Assembly: GCA_024635755.1 (NCBI GenBank)
Contig: JAGXIF010000044.1
Coordinates: 28,086-92,085 of the forward strand
Origin: Halothiobacillus sp.
Lineage (GTDB): Bacteria > Pseudomonadota > Gammaproteobacteria > Halothiobacillales > Halothiobacillaceae
Length of the DNA stretch: 64,000 nt
Direction of reading: 5' to 3'
Shown here: in pieces, positions 41,707 through 50,961 of the stretch
Position numbering within the stretch: the first letter of the stretch is position 1
Layout: each line of letters starts with the position of its first letter
Notes under the pieces: generated by a model
The model's database searches: none
What the model saw: the letters and a program-made list of their open reading frames with translations, nothing else
What the model was told of the DNA's origin: nothing
Program-made: the position numbers and the translations under genes

Positions 41707-43071
41707 CTAGTCCGAGTGCATCAGTTTGACCAGGGCATCGAGGCTCGATGCCATGTCGGCCGGCTCGTCCATCGACTGCCCCAGGAACGCCTCCAGATCC
41801 GGCTGGATGTCGATCACTCGATCGAGCCGGGCATCCTGACCGCGCCGGTAGGCCCCCACCGCGATCAGGTCGCGGTTCTCGCGATAGGTGGCCGCCAGCT
41901 CCTTGAACCGTCGCATCAAGGATAGATGCTCCGGATCGACCAGCTTGGGCATCAACCGCGAGATCGATGCCTCGACGTCGATGGCCGGGAAGCGGCCGCG
42001 CTCGGCGATCTCGCGCGAGAGCACGATGTGCCCGTCGAGAATCGCCCGGGCGGAATCCGCCACCGGGTCGTTGAGATCATCCCCCTCGACCAGCACGGTA
42101 TAGAAGGCCGTCAGACTCCCTTGACGGTTCTCGCTATTGCCGGCGCGCTCGACCAGTCGTGGCAGGTGGGCGAAGACCGACGGCGGATACCCCTTGGTCG
42201 CAGGCGGCTCGCCGATCGCCAGCCCGATCTCGCGCTGAGCCTGGGCATAGCGGGTCAGTGAATCCATCAGCAGCAGCACGTCGAAGCCCTGGTCGCGGAA
42301 GTGCTCGGCGATCGAGCTGGCGAGATTCGCCCCGTGCAAGCGCATCAGAGCCGAACTGTCGGCCGGCGCCGCGATCACCACCGCGCGCTGACGCGCCTCT
42401 TTGTCGAGGATCTCGGTGACGAACTCGGCCACCTCGCGGCCCCGCTCGCCCACCAGCCCCACGACGATGATCTGGGCGCGGGTATAGCGGGTCATCATGC
42501 CCAGAAGCACACTCTTGCCCACGCCCGAACCGGCGAAAATGCCCATGCGCTGGCCGCGGCCGACCGTCATGAGGGCGTTGATCGCCCGCACGCCGACATC
42601 CAGCGGTTCGTCAATTTCACGGCGCTTGAGCGGGTTGATGGGACGACCCTGCAGGTTGACCGTGGCATCCCCGCTCAGGCGCGGGCCATCGTCGATCGGC
42701 CGGCCGCGGGCGTCGAGCACCCGGCCGAGCAATTGTTCGCCCATGGGCACGCGACTGGCCACCCCGAGATTCTTGACCCGGCAACCTGGCCCCACCCCCT
42801 GGGTGGTCTCCAGCGGCATCAGGTAGGTGGCCTCCTCGGCAAAGCCGACCACCTCGGCTTCGAAGCGCCGGCCCTGCGGGTCGGTCACCTCGCACTGGTC
42901 GCCGATCAGTGCCGACAGCCCGCGGGCCTCCAGCGCCAGGCCCACGACCCGCACGATGCGCCCCTCGGAGGTGACCTCCGGTCGATCGACGCGAGCAGCC
43001 GCGCCCATCAGGCTTCTCGCCCAGTTGAGCGAAAGATCCGCGCCGGGATCTCGCAGGCCGGGATCACTCAT
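41707..43071 (-). CDS. fliI: Flagellar export ATPase
   Basis: Start re-called at 43071. FAGSGVGKS, GERGREV, MDSLTR and GEPPATKGYPPSVF motifs. Confidence 0.96.
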   Translation of the reverse strand: MSDPGLRDPGADLSLNWARSLMGAAARVDRPEVTSEGRIVRVVGLALEARGLSALIGDQCEVTDPQGRRFEAEVVGFAEEATYLMPLETTQGVGPGCRVKNLGVASRVPMGEQLLGRVLDARGRPIDDGPRLSGDATVNLQGRPINPLKRREIDEPLDVGVRAINALMTVGRGQRMGIFAGSGVGKSVLLGMMTRYTRAQIIVVGLVGERGREVAEFVTEILDKEARQRAVVIAAPADSSALMRLHGANLASSIAEHFRDQGFDVLLLMDSLTRYAQAQREIGLAIGEPPATKGYPPSVFAHLPRLVERAGNSENRQGSLTAFYTVLVEGDDLNDPVADSARAILDGHIVLSREIAERGRFPAIDVEASISRLMPKLVDPEHLSLMRRFKELAATYRENRDLIAVGAYRRGQDARLDRVIDIQPDLEAFLGQSMDEPADMASSLDALVKLMHSD

Positions 43072-43948
43072 GTCGGGCCTCCCCTGCCTCAGGCTCGTCC
43101 GAAGGATCGATACCAGTGGCATCCGGGGCGGCAGCATCCTCCGCGGGAGGGCTGTCCTCGCCCGCCTGCGCCTGGGCGTCTGACTCCACCGTCACCGACT
43201 CGGCTTGCGTCTCGGCAGCGCCTTGCGACAAGGCATCCGCATTTTCCGGGTCGACCGGTTGATCGGGGCCGGGATAGACTCGCCCGATCAGGTGGTCGAG
43301 CGTCGCCGCCCAGCGATTGGCCAGGCTCGCGTCCACCCGGGCATCACCGGACTCGGCGACCACCCCGCCAGCATCCAGGCCCGGATCGGCGCGCAAGTCC
43401 AGGGAGGCAAAACGCCCCGCGTCTAGCACCTCGCGCAGCGCCGACTCGTCGGCCGGGGCGCAGCGCAAGGTGACCGCCCGGGCCGAGACTGGCAGGGCCG
43501 CCAACGCCTCGCGGGCAATCTCGGGCAAGCCCGATGCATCGGCCTGCACCTCGCGCGCCACCATCACGCGGGCGATCTGGGTGGCCAGGGCCGTGAGCTG
43601 CTCGGTTACTTCGTCGTCCATGAGTTGCAGCGGGGCTTCTAGGTGCGAGAGCCAGCCGCGCAAGCGGTTTTCCAGCTGCTCGATCTCCTCGCGCGCGGCG
43701 GCCATCCCGTCCTGGTAGCCCAGGTCGCGCCCCTTTTGTTCGCCGGCCTCGAAGCCGCGCTTTTCGGCCTCGGCCCGGGCGGCAGCGATCTCTTCGGCGG
43801 CAACCGGATCGAGGCCGTCGTCCGGGTTGTCCGGCTCGTTCGGCGTATCGACCGAGAAATCCGGCAGCTCCCAAGCATCGACGAGCTCCTGCCAGTCCTC
43901 GACCGCCAGCGGGCGGGTCAGTATGGCGTCCTGGTTAGATGAACTCAT
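43064..43948 (-). CDS. fliH: Flagellar assembly protein FliH
   Basis: WELPDF N-terminus, AxxxG(xxxG) repeats, GGVVAES...VDAS; between fliG and fliI. Confidence 0.88.
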   Translation of the reverse strand: MSSSNQDAILTRPLAVEDWQELVDAWELPDFSVDTPNEPDNPDDGLDPVAAEEIAAARAEAEKRGFEAGEQKGRDLGYQDGMAAAREEIEQLENRLRGWLSHLEAPLQLMDDEVTEQLTALATQIARVMVAREVQADASGLPEIAREALAALPVSARAVTLRCAPADESALREVLDAGRFASLDLRADPGLDAGGVVAESGDARVDASLANRWAATLDHLIGRVYPGPDQPVDPENADALSQGAAETQAESVTVESDAQAQAGEDSPPAEDAAAPDATGIDPSDEPEAGEARHE

Positions 43949-44975
43949 CGCCACCACCCCCGCCCAGGGCTATCTTGCCCTCGTCGGCCAATTGACGGGC
44001 GACCTGGAGCACTTCCTTCTGCGCCGCTTCGACGTCCGCGAGGCGTGTCGGCCCCAGGGTCTCGAGGTCGTCGCGCATCATCTCGGCGGCGCGCCGCGAC
44101 ATGTTGCCGAAGATCTTTTCCTTGAGCTCGGAATCGGCGCCCTTCATCGCCAGGAGCAGCTTGTCGGCCGGCACTTCGCGCAACAACACCTGCAAGCTGC
44201 GATCCTCGACGTCGACCAGGTTGGCAAAGACGAACATCAGGTCCTCGATTCGGGTACCCAAGTCTTCGTCGGTGTCCTTGACCCGGCCCATCAACTCCTC
44301 TTCAAGGTTGGATTCGAGGAAGTTCATGATGCCGGCGGCGATCTTGACCCCGCCGACCTTGGAGGACTTGCCGCCCTGGGTGCCGGATGCCTGGCGCTCC
44401 ATGATGTCGTCGAGTTCCTCGAGGGCCTGCGGCGACACGCCTTCCAGGTGGGCGATACGCAACACGATATCGGTGCGCGTGTTCTCCGGCAGCATCTGCA
44501 GGATCTCGGCGGCCTGGTCGCTCTCCAGGTGCGAGAGCACGATGGCAATGATCTGCGGATGTTCGTAGCGGATGATCTCGGCGATCGAGCGGGCATCCAT
44601 CCACTTGAGGAATTCGAGATTGCGCCTGCCGCCCTGCGAGGATATCCGCTCGAGCAGACCGGAGGCCTTGTCCTCGCCCAGCGCGCGGGTAAGGACATTG
44701 CGGATGTAGTCGTTCGAGCCCAGCGCCAGACCGGTCTGGTTTTCCAGATCGTCACTGAACTCGTCGAGTGCCGACTGGATCTGCGGGCGAGTGACGTTCT
44801 TGAGCACCGCCATCGCCTGGCCGATCTTCTGCACCTCGCGCGGGTCGAGATGGCCGAAGATGTGCGCCGCGGATTCCTCGCCGAGGGCCATCATCAGGAT
44901 GGCCGCCTTCTCGGGGCCTTTCAGGCCGGAGAGCGGACTTCCCTGCGGCAAATTGCTGTCGGGTGCCTGGGCCAT
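43935..44975 (-). CDS. fliG: Flagellar motor switch protein FliG
   Basis: KAAILMMALGE, EHPQIIA, MFVF and NMSRRAA motifs. Confidence 0.97.
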   Translation of the reverse strand: MAQAPDSNLPQGSPLSGLKGPEKAAILMMALGEESAAHIFGHLDPREVQKIGQAMAVLKNVTRPQIQSALDEFSDDLENQTGLALGSNDYIRNVLTRALGEDKASGLLERISSQGGRRNLEFLKWMDARSIAEIIRYEHPQIIAIVLSHLESDQAAEILQMLPENTRTDIVLRIAHLEGVSPQALEELDDIMERQASGTQGGKSSKVGGVKIAAGIMNFLESNLEEELMGRVKDTDEDLGTRIEDLMFVFANLVDVEDRSLQVLLREVPADKLLLAMKGADSELKEKIFGNMSRRAAEMMRDDLETLGPTRLADVEAAQKEVLQVARQLADEGKIALGGGGGDEFI

Positions 44976-44981
44976 GATTGT

Positions 44982-46727
44982 TTAGCTCTCCTCGTGCGTC
45001 CATTGCTTGATCACCGCGGCGACGGCCTTGGGATCATGATTGACGCTCTTGCGCAACTGCTTGAGCTTGTCGGTGTAGCTTGCGTTGCCGATCAGCTCGG
45101 GAACATTGGAAAGGTCGTTCTCGTCCACGTCCTCGGCCGGCTCCCCGGAAGGCCCACGGCGTTCATCGGGGTATTGTGCCGGCATATTGTACTGCGGCGT
45201 CTGCTCGCCGGCTTCCGGTACGGCAAGGGCGCGCTCGCGGCGCGTTTCTGCCAGCATTTTCATCAGCGGACGGGCCACTAGGAGGAAGACCAGCAGCATG
45301 GCCAGGCCGATGCCCGCGTTCTTCAAGGTGGTCCAGAACCAGCCCCGCTCCCAGACCGGCGTGGTGACGGGCTCGATGCTCTGATCGACGAACGGGAAGC
45401 TGGTCAGGGTGACCTGGTCGCCACGCTCGGCGTTCAGGCCCACGGCTTGGGCCACCAGGTTCTGCATCTGCTCGAGCTTTTCTGCCGGCAGCCCCGTCTC
45501 CCCGTCGGCGCCGCTACCGGTGGCATTCTCGTCGAGCAGTACGGCGACGTTGAGCTTCTCGATCTGCCCCGTCGCGAACTGGGTGTGCTGGATCTGGCGA
45601 TCGACATTGAAGTTGCGCGTCACGTCGCGATCACTATCGATCGGCGTCTGCGCCACGGTCTGGAACTCCTCGACGCTCAGGTCCGCCGGCGGAGCGATAC
45701 CGCCACCGCCTTCGGCGGGGTTGACCTCGCCACCACCCGGCGGCTGGTTGGCGATCGCCCCCGGCATGCCCCCGATGCCCTGCCCGCTGGCGCCGAGCGA
45801 GCGGGTGTTCTCGCTGACCTGCTCGCTTAAAAGCACCCCGGCATCCGGACCGTAGGTCTGGCTGGTGCCCTCGCGCCGGGAGAAGTCGATCTCGGCCGAC
45901 ACCTGCGCGCGGACACGGTCCGATCCGACGATCGGTGCGAGCAGCGACTCGATCCGGCGGGCATAGGATTGTTCAAGATTCTGACGGTATTGGAACTGGC
46001 GACTGGTCAGCCCCATGCCGGCGGCATCACCCCCGGAGTTCGACAGCAAGTTGCCGCCCTGATCGACCACGCTGACGTTCTCGGGCGACAGGTCGTTGAT
46101 GCTGGAAGCGACCAGATGGACGATGCCGTTGACCTGGCTGCGCCCGAGCTCCGTGCCACCCTTGAGATCGATGATCACCGAGGCGGTGGGCGTCTTGCGA
46201 TCACGAACGAAAACGGACTTTTCCGGCTGGGCCACATGCACCCTTGCTGCGCGAATGCCGCCGATGGTCTGTATGGACCGCGCCAGCTCGGTCTCGACAG
46301 CACGCTGGTAACGGGCCTGTTCGATGAACTGGCTGGTGCCCAGGGACTGGTCCTGGTTCAGCATCTCTAGCCCGACACCCTTGGAGCCGGGCAGCCCCTG
46401 CTGGGCCATCAGCATGCGGATCTCCGGCAGGCGATCGGCGGACACCATCACCGTGCCGCTGGAGGCGATCTCATACGGCTCGCCGGCGGCCTTGAGCGCA
46501 TCGACCACTTCGGCCGAGGATGCGGCATCCAGCGACTTGTAGAGCGGCACCATCGACTTGCCGCTCCCCCAGAAGAAAAACCCCACCATGAACGAGAGCA
46601 CCGCCGCCAGTGCGATCAGCAGCAGCAACTGCCGGAAACTTGACGACTGGGTGAACGCATCCATCTGCCGGATCCAGCGCGGGCTTTCTCCGGGAGTGGT
46701 GGTGGCGATTGCAGAACCTTCGGCCAT
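44982..46727 (-). CDS. fliF: Flagellar MS-ring protein FliF
   Basis: Two TM segments; GTSQFIE, ELARSI, ARVHVA, PTASV, GGMPGAIANQP and RGDQV motifs. Confidence 0.96.
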   Translation of the reverse strand: MAEGSAIATTTPGESPRWIRQMDAFTQSSSFRQLLLLIALAAVLSFMVGFFFWGSGKSMVPLYKSLDAASSAEVVDALKAAGEPYEIASSGTVMVSADRLPEIRMLMAQQGLPGSKGVGLEMLNQDQSLGTSQFIEQARYQRAVETELARSIQTIGGIRAARVHVAQPEKSVFVRDRKTPTASVIIDLKGGTELGRSQVNGIVHLVASSINDLSPENVSVVDQGGNLLSNSGGDAAGMGLTSRQFQYRQNLEQSYARRIESLLAPIVGSDRVRAQVSAEIDFSRREGTSQTYGPDAGVLLSEQVSENTRSLGASGQGIGGMPGAIANQPPGGGEVNPAEGGGGIAPPADLSVEEFQTVAQTPIDSDRDVTRNFNVDRQIQHTQFATGQIEKLNVAVLLDENATGSGADGETGLPAEKLEQMQNLVAQAVGLNAERGDQVTLTSFPFVDQSIEPVTTPVWERGWFWTTLKNAGIGLAMLLVFLLVARPLMKMLAETRRERALAVPEAGEQTPQYNMPAQYPDERRGPSGEPAEDVDENDLSNVPELIGNASYTDKLKQLRKSVNHDPKAVAAVIKQWTHEES

Positions 46728-46774
46728 AACGGTGTCCGTATCGATCTAAGCGGATGAAATGTCTGACAAATCGA

Positions 46775-47128
46775 TCAGAGCGGCATGTTCATGACTTTCT
46801 CGTAAGCCTGAACCAGTCGGTTGCGCACCTGCATGGTCGCCTCGAAGGCGACCGACGAGCGTTGCGAGGCAAGCATGACCTCGGTCAGGGTGACCTGGTC
46901 ATCCCCCGCCTGCAGGCGATTCTTCAAGTCGCCGGAGGCCTGTTGCAGCTCATTTACCTGGCCCACGGCCTGGGTAAGCGCATCGGAGAATGAGGCCCTC
47001 TCCACCTCGCTGACGCCCTGAGCGGCCGGGTTGACCTGCTCGATGCCCGCCGGGCGCTGGGTAGCCGCGCTGCGCAGCTGCTGCATTTGGGAAAGGATCT
47101 GATCGACGGACATGTCGTTGCCGCTCAT
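46775..47128 (-). CDS. fliE: Flagellar hook-basal body protein FliE
   Basis: Start re-called at 47128 (GAGGTG RBS); C-terminal QVRNRLVQAYEKVMNMPL. Confidence 0.95.
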   Translation of the reverse strand: MSGNDMSVDQILSQMQQLRSAATQRPAGIEQVNPAAQGVSEVERASFSDALTQAVGQVNELQQASGDLKNRLQAGDDQVTLTEVMLASQRSSVAFEATMQVRNRLVQAYEKVMNMPL

Positions 47129-47172
47129 GGACCCACCTCGTTGATTGTCGCGGATTTGCCTGCACAACTTCT

Positions 47173-47189
47173 AGCAGGACCCGTGCCAA
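47173..47189 (-). promoter_or_regulatory. Sigma54 (-24/-12) promoter of the fliE operon
   Basis: TTGGCACG-GGTC-CTGCT matches TGGCACG-N4-TTGCW with correct GG-GC spacing, 45 bp upstream of fliE. Confidence 0.8.
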
Positions 47190-47277
47190 CAAGGAGGAAA
47201 GACGAAGATGAACGGCGTCGCCCCGGACGGACATGCAACCCACCGGCCGAGCGAGGTCGACGGGCGGATTCAATCAG

Positions 47278-48687
47278 CTAGCTGATCTGGTACTTGCGCA
47301 TCTTCTCGACCAGGGTGGTCCGGCGAATCCCCAGCAGGCGCGCCGCCTTGGCAACCACGGCATCGGCCTGCGTTAGGGCGGCCTCAATCCAGGCCCGCTC
47401 GATGGCCTCGAGCTGGCCCTTGAGCGAGATCCCGTCATCCGGGAGGGTCAGGTCGCATTCCTCGACCTCATCTCGGGTCAGCGGCAGGCGCGGGCCGATG
47501 CCCTCGGTCAACGACCAGATGCTGCGCGGATCGGGGTCGAAACGCTCGCTTGGTGTCTGTTGACGCTCGATCTCGGACGATGCGCCGGTCGGCTCGGCCG
47601 GTGTGAGGTGCTGCAGATGGGCCGGCAGGTCGGCCACCCGGGCGGCACGGCCACCGGCCAGAATGCCGAGACGTTCGAGCACGTTGGCCAGTTCGCGGAC
47701 GTTGCCCGGCCAGTCGTGCTGCTGCAGGACCGACAACACCTCCGGACTCAACTCCGGGGCCGGCCGCCCTTCCCGATTCAATCGCTGGACCAGGGCCTCG
47801 GCGATTTCCGGCAGGTCGTCACGCAGGGCGCGTAACGGCTGGGTCTGGATCGGGAAGACGTTCAGGCGGTAGTAGAGATCCTGGCGGAACTTGCCCTCGT
47901 CGACCATGCTGAGCAGATCACGGTGCGTGGCGGCCACGATGCGCACATCGGCGTCGAAGGAGGTGCTGCCGCCGACACGCTCGAACTTGCGCTCCTGGAG
48001 CACACGCAGGATCTTGACCTGCATGGAAAACGGCATGTCGCCGATCTCGTCGAGAAAGATGGTGCCGCCCTGGGCCAGCTCGAAGCGGCCCTTGCGCTGA
48101 GTGATCGCCCCGGTGAACGCCCCCTTCTCGTGACCGAACAGCTCGGACTCGAGCAGATCCCCGGGGATCGCCCCGCAATTGACCGGAACGAACGGCTTGT
48201 CGGCGCGCTCGGAGAGCATGTGGATCATGCGCGCGACCACTTCCTTGCCGGTGCCGGTTGCGCCCAGAATCAAGACCGTGGCATCCGTCGGAGCCACCTG
48301 CGCCACTTCGTGACGCAGCATCTCCAGCGACCGACTGCTGCCGATCAAGCCGCGCTGCTCCTGCCGCAGTCGCTCGCCGTGCCAGCGGCTCTTCATGGGA
48401 GCGAGCACCGCCCGCAGGGTCTCGAGCGGTACCGGCCAGGGCAACTGGGCATGTGGCGGACGGGACGGCGTGCCGCCAATCTCCCCCAACGCAATCCATG
48501 GCCGGTCGATGGATTGCGGCACCTCGTCCGAGGCGAACGTGAGATAACACATCGGTCTGTCGGGCGGTTCGGCGTCGTTCGCCGATCGCGTGCGGGCATC
48601 GAAGCCCAGCAGGGACAACTGCTCACCCAACAACGACGCCTCTGGGGCCTGACTGTCGATCCAGCACAGGGGTTGCGGCCGCGGCAT
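47278..48687 (-). CDS. fleQ: Sigma54-dependent enhancer-binding protein, FleQ/FlrA-like
   Basis: Start re-called at 48687 (TAAGGAG RBS). [37 protein letters not shown], and the FleQ-type [16 protein letters not shown]; directly upstream of fliE. Confidence 0.8.
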   Translation of the reverse strand: MPRPQPLCWIDSQAPEASLLGEQLSLLGFDARTRSANDAEPPDRPMCYLTFASDEVPQSIDRPWIALGEIGGTPSRPPHAQLPWPVPLETLRAVLAPMKSRWHGERLRQEQRGLIGSSRSLEMLRHEVAQVAPTDATVLILGATGTGKEVVARMIHMLSERADKPFVPVNCGAIPGDLLESELFGHEKGAFTGAITQRKGRFELAQGGTIFLDEIGDMPFSMQVKILRVLQERKFERVGGSTSFDADVRIVAATHRDLLSMVDEGKFRQDLYYRLNVFPIQTQPLRALRDDLPEIAEALVQRLNREGRPAPELSPEVLSVLQQHDWPGNVRELANVLERLGILAGGRAARVADLPAHLQHLTPAEPTGASSEIERQQTPSERFDPDPRSIWSLTEGIGPRLPLTRDEVEECDLTLPDDGISLKGQLEAIERAWIEAALTQADAVVAKAARLLGIRRTTLVEKMRKYQIS

Positions 48688-48807
48688 GCATCTCTCCTTA
48701 GAAATGGGGCAAGGGTATGTCGAGGCCCTCTCAGCTCCGCCGCTAGTCTCCGGGGTATGCCCCAGGCTGGCAACGCAGGCAAGCAAGCCACTGAAAAGTT
48801 CACCGGC

Positions 48808-48870
48808 AAGCTAGCGTGGGCCGCCGGGCATGTCAAAACTTTGTCACTCCATGGCAAAGTTCGCGACAAT
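48808..48870. promoter_or_regulatory. Back-to-back divergent sigma70-type promoters
   Basis: Minus: TTGACA(48836-48831)-17bp-TAGCTT toward fleQ. Plus: TTGTCA(48841-48846)-18bp-GACAAT toward the FliK-like gene. Confidence 0.5.
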
Positions 48871-48980
48871 GGCTGTGGCTTGTGGGCGACAGGTCTGCGC
48901 CCTACCATCGCCCGAGTGATACGTCCCGGGAACGGGCTCGCTCAATCCATTTCTGCATTGCCCGGCGGCCGGAATACCCC

Positions 48981-50132
48981 ATGAAGATCCTCAAGGTCGA
49001 ACAACCCGGTCACGCGCCCTCTTCCGGCCCGGCCCTGCGTCTGGAAACCGGCCAGCGGCTGGCCGCCATCTCGCTTTCCGATGCCCGACCCGGCGACCGC
49101 GCCATGCTCTCGGTCGCCGGAGGGCAATTGCAGGTGACCACCCAGCATCCGCTCAAGGCCGGACAGGCGATCGACCTGATCGTCAGCCGGCTCGGTGAAC
49201 AGGTGCATCTGCGGCCCATGCAGCCGCCGCCGGACCCCCGCACGCTCGACGAGATGCAGCTGACTCGTCAGCTGCTGCAAACCCTGGGCAAGCTCAGCCC
49301 CGTGCCGCCCGCCAGCGGAACGGCTGGCCAGGCCGGCGGCAGCACGGCGCAGGCCATCCCTCCCGGCCTGCAGGGCCTACTACCGTTGCTCACCGCACTG
49401 CGCGAGCCGCGCCTACTGCAAGGTCTGGTCAGCGGCCTGCTTTCTTCGGCGGGCCATGCCTCGGCATCGTCCAGCGGGACGACAGCCGCTTTCAGCGCGC
49501 CTTTCACAGGCGGGACCACGGGGGCGAGCGACACCCCGCTGGGCGGCCTGCTGCAACGGGCGGCCCAGACCCTGCGCACCCAGCCGGACCTGGCGCCACG
49601 CGAACCGGCTGCCCGACAACAGATGCTGGAGTTCATGCAACGACTCGGCAACCAAGTCGAACGCAGTCAAATCAGCACCGCTCTTTCCCAGGGGGCGGCG
49701 GGCCAGGCCGCGGGCACCCAGACCACCCCGACGCAGCCGACCTGGCTGCTGGAGATCCCAGTACAGCTCGCCAACGAAGCCCACAGTCTGCGCATGACAA
49801 TCCGGGAAGAACCGGAAGACGGCGCGCAAGCGACACCGGGGGGACGTTGGCAGGTGGATCTGGCGATGGAATGGCCCAACCTCGGCCCCTTGCACGCGGC
49901 CCTCAACTTGCGCGGCGATCGCATCGACATCGATCTATTCGCCGACCAGCCGGGCACGGTGCAGGTACTCGAGGGCTCACGCACGCAGCTGAGTCAGGGC
50001 CTGGTCGCCGCCGGCCTGACGCCGGGCCGGGTGTCGGCCTACCCCGGACCGCCGCCGAAAACGGTGCAGGATCGGCTCGAACCGCAGACCCGGCGCCCGG
50101 CACAGACCGGTTTCTTGAGCGAGCAGGCATGA
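48981..50132 (+). CDS. FliK-like protein with a C-terminal T3S4-type domain
   Basis: Start re-called at ATG 48981. Low-complexity middle; C-terminal WQVDLAMEWPNLGPLHAALNL...LSQGLVAAGL resembles the FliK LxPxxLG domain. Overlaps the next start (ATGA). Confidence 0.7.
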   Translation: MKILKVEQPGHAPSSGPALRLETGQRLAAISLSDARPGDRAMLSVAGGQLQVTTQHPLKAGQAIDLIVSRLGEQVHLRPMQPPPDPRTLDEMQLTRQLLQTLGKLSPVPPASGTAGQAGGSTAQAIPPGLQGLLPLLTALREPRLLQGLVSGLLSSAGHASASSSGTTAAFSAPFTGGTTGASDTPLGGLLQRAAQTLRTQPDLAPREPAARQQMLEFMQRLGNQVERSQISTALSQGAAGQAAGTQTTPTQPTWLLEIPVQLANEAHSLRMTIREEPEDGAQATPGGRWQVDLAMEWPNLGPLHAALNLRGDRIDIDLFADQPGTVQVLEGSRTQLSQGLVAAGLTPGRVSAYPGPPPKTVQDRLEPQTRRPAQTGFLSEQA

Positions 50133-50452
50133 ACGACAAGCGCCCTTCTTCCGACAAGAGCCGGCGCCAGGCGATTGCCCTGCGCTACGACGGCACCGAC
50201 ATCCCCCAGGTGGTGGCCACCGGCCAGGACGAACTGGCTCGCCAGATACTGGAGCGCGCCCGGGAGGCGGGCGTGCCGGACGTTGAAGACCCGCAACTGG
50301 CACGGGCCCTGGCGCAGATCGACCTGGGCGAACACATTCCGGAAGCCCTGTTCCGCGCCGTGGCCGAAGTGCTCAGCTATGCGCTCTACGTCAACGATCG
50401 CCACGAAGAGGTGCTGCGACGCTCCCGGGAACAGCGCGACCGAGGCGACTGA
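50129..50452 (+). CDS. Stand-alone FlhB C-terminal-like (EscU/YscU/HrcU family) protein
   Basis: AIALRYD...PQVVATG...ARQILERAREAGVP...LARAL...IPEALFRAVAEVL corresponds to the FlhB region after the NPTH site; no TM segments. Confidence 0.9.
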   Translation: MNDKRPSSDKSRRQAIALRYDGTDIPQVVATGQDELARQILERAREAGVPDVEDPQLARALAQIDLGEHIPEALFRAVAEVLSYALYVNDRHEEVLRRSREQRDRGD

Positions 50453-50516
50453 CCATCACCGCCATGACCGGCCGGCAGCCGGGCGGCGGAACACCACCAG
50501 CACAGCGGCACACACG

Positions 50517-50540
50517 AAAAAGCCCGCCAGGTGGCGGGCT
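50517..50540 (-). terminator. Terminator of the tRNA operon
   Basis: Minus strand AGCCCGCC-ACCT-GGCGGGCT-TTTT. Confidence 0.8.
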
Positions 50541-50556
50541 CGATCGATCGGGATGG

Positions 50557-50633
50557 TGGGGTGACTGATGGGGCTCGAACCCACGACAACCGGAATCACA
50601 ATCCGGGGCTCTACCAACTGAGCTACAGTCACC
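50557..50633 (-). tRNA. tRNA-His(GTG)
   Basis: Cloverleaf with G-1, anticodon loop TT-GTG-AT, TTCGAG T-loop and encoded CCA. Confidence 0.97.
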
Positions 50634-50668
50634 ATAGAAGGCATTCACACTACAAGCAGGTGCGCTTT

Positions 50669-50745
50669 TGGCGCGCCCGGCAGGACTCGAACCCGCAACC
50701 CTCGGCTTAGAAGGCCGATGCTCTATCCGATTGAGCTACAGGCGC
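50669..50745 (-). tRNA. tRNA-Arg(TCT)
   Basis: GCGCCTGTAGCTCAATCGGATAGAGCA...CT-TCT-AA...GGTTCGAGTCC...CCA. Confidence 0.97.
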
Positions 50746-50759
50746 AAGTTTCGGCATTT

Positions 50760-50836
50760 TGGTCGGAGTGGAGGGATTCGAACCCCCGACCACCTGGTCC
50801 CAAACCAGGTGCGCTACCAGGCTGCGCTACACTCCG
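50760..50836 (-). tRNA. tRNA-Pro(TGG)
   Basis: CGGAGTGTAGCGCAGCCTGGTAGCGCA...TT-TGG-GA...GGTTCGAATCC...CCA. Confidence 0.97.
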
Positions 50837-50904
50837 TTCGCCGTCAACGCAAACGCGCCTCGTCCGCCGGTGCGGTTCGACCCGTCCGGTGACGAAGGTG
50901 CGAC

Positions 50905-50933
50905 ATAATAGGCATCCAGGCGGGCCAAGTCAA
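50905..50933 (-). promoter_or_regulatory. Sigma70 promoter of the tRNA operon
   Basis: TTGACT-17bp-TATTAT followed by a GC-rich discriminator. Confidence 0.75.
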
Positions 50934-50961
50934 TCGCCACCCAACCCGGCGGCGTAGCCGG

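Noticed and set aside
50557-50836. tRNA cluster as an integration site
   Set aside because: No integrase, no duplicated tRNA 3' end and no compositional shift in the flanks.
50868-50890. GGTTCGACCC T-loop-like sequence upstream of tRNA-Pro
   Set aside because: On the opposite strand to the tRNAs, with no valid T-stem or cloverleaf; a simple leader hairpin.
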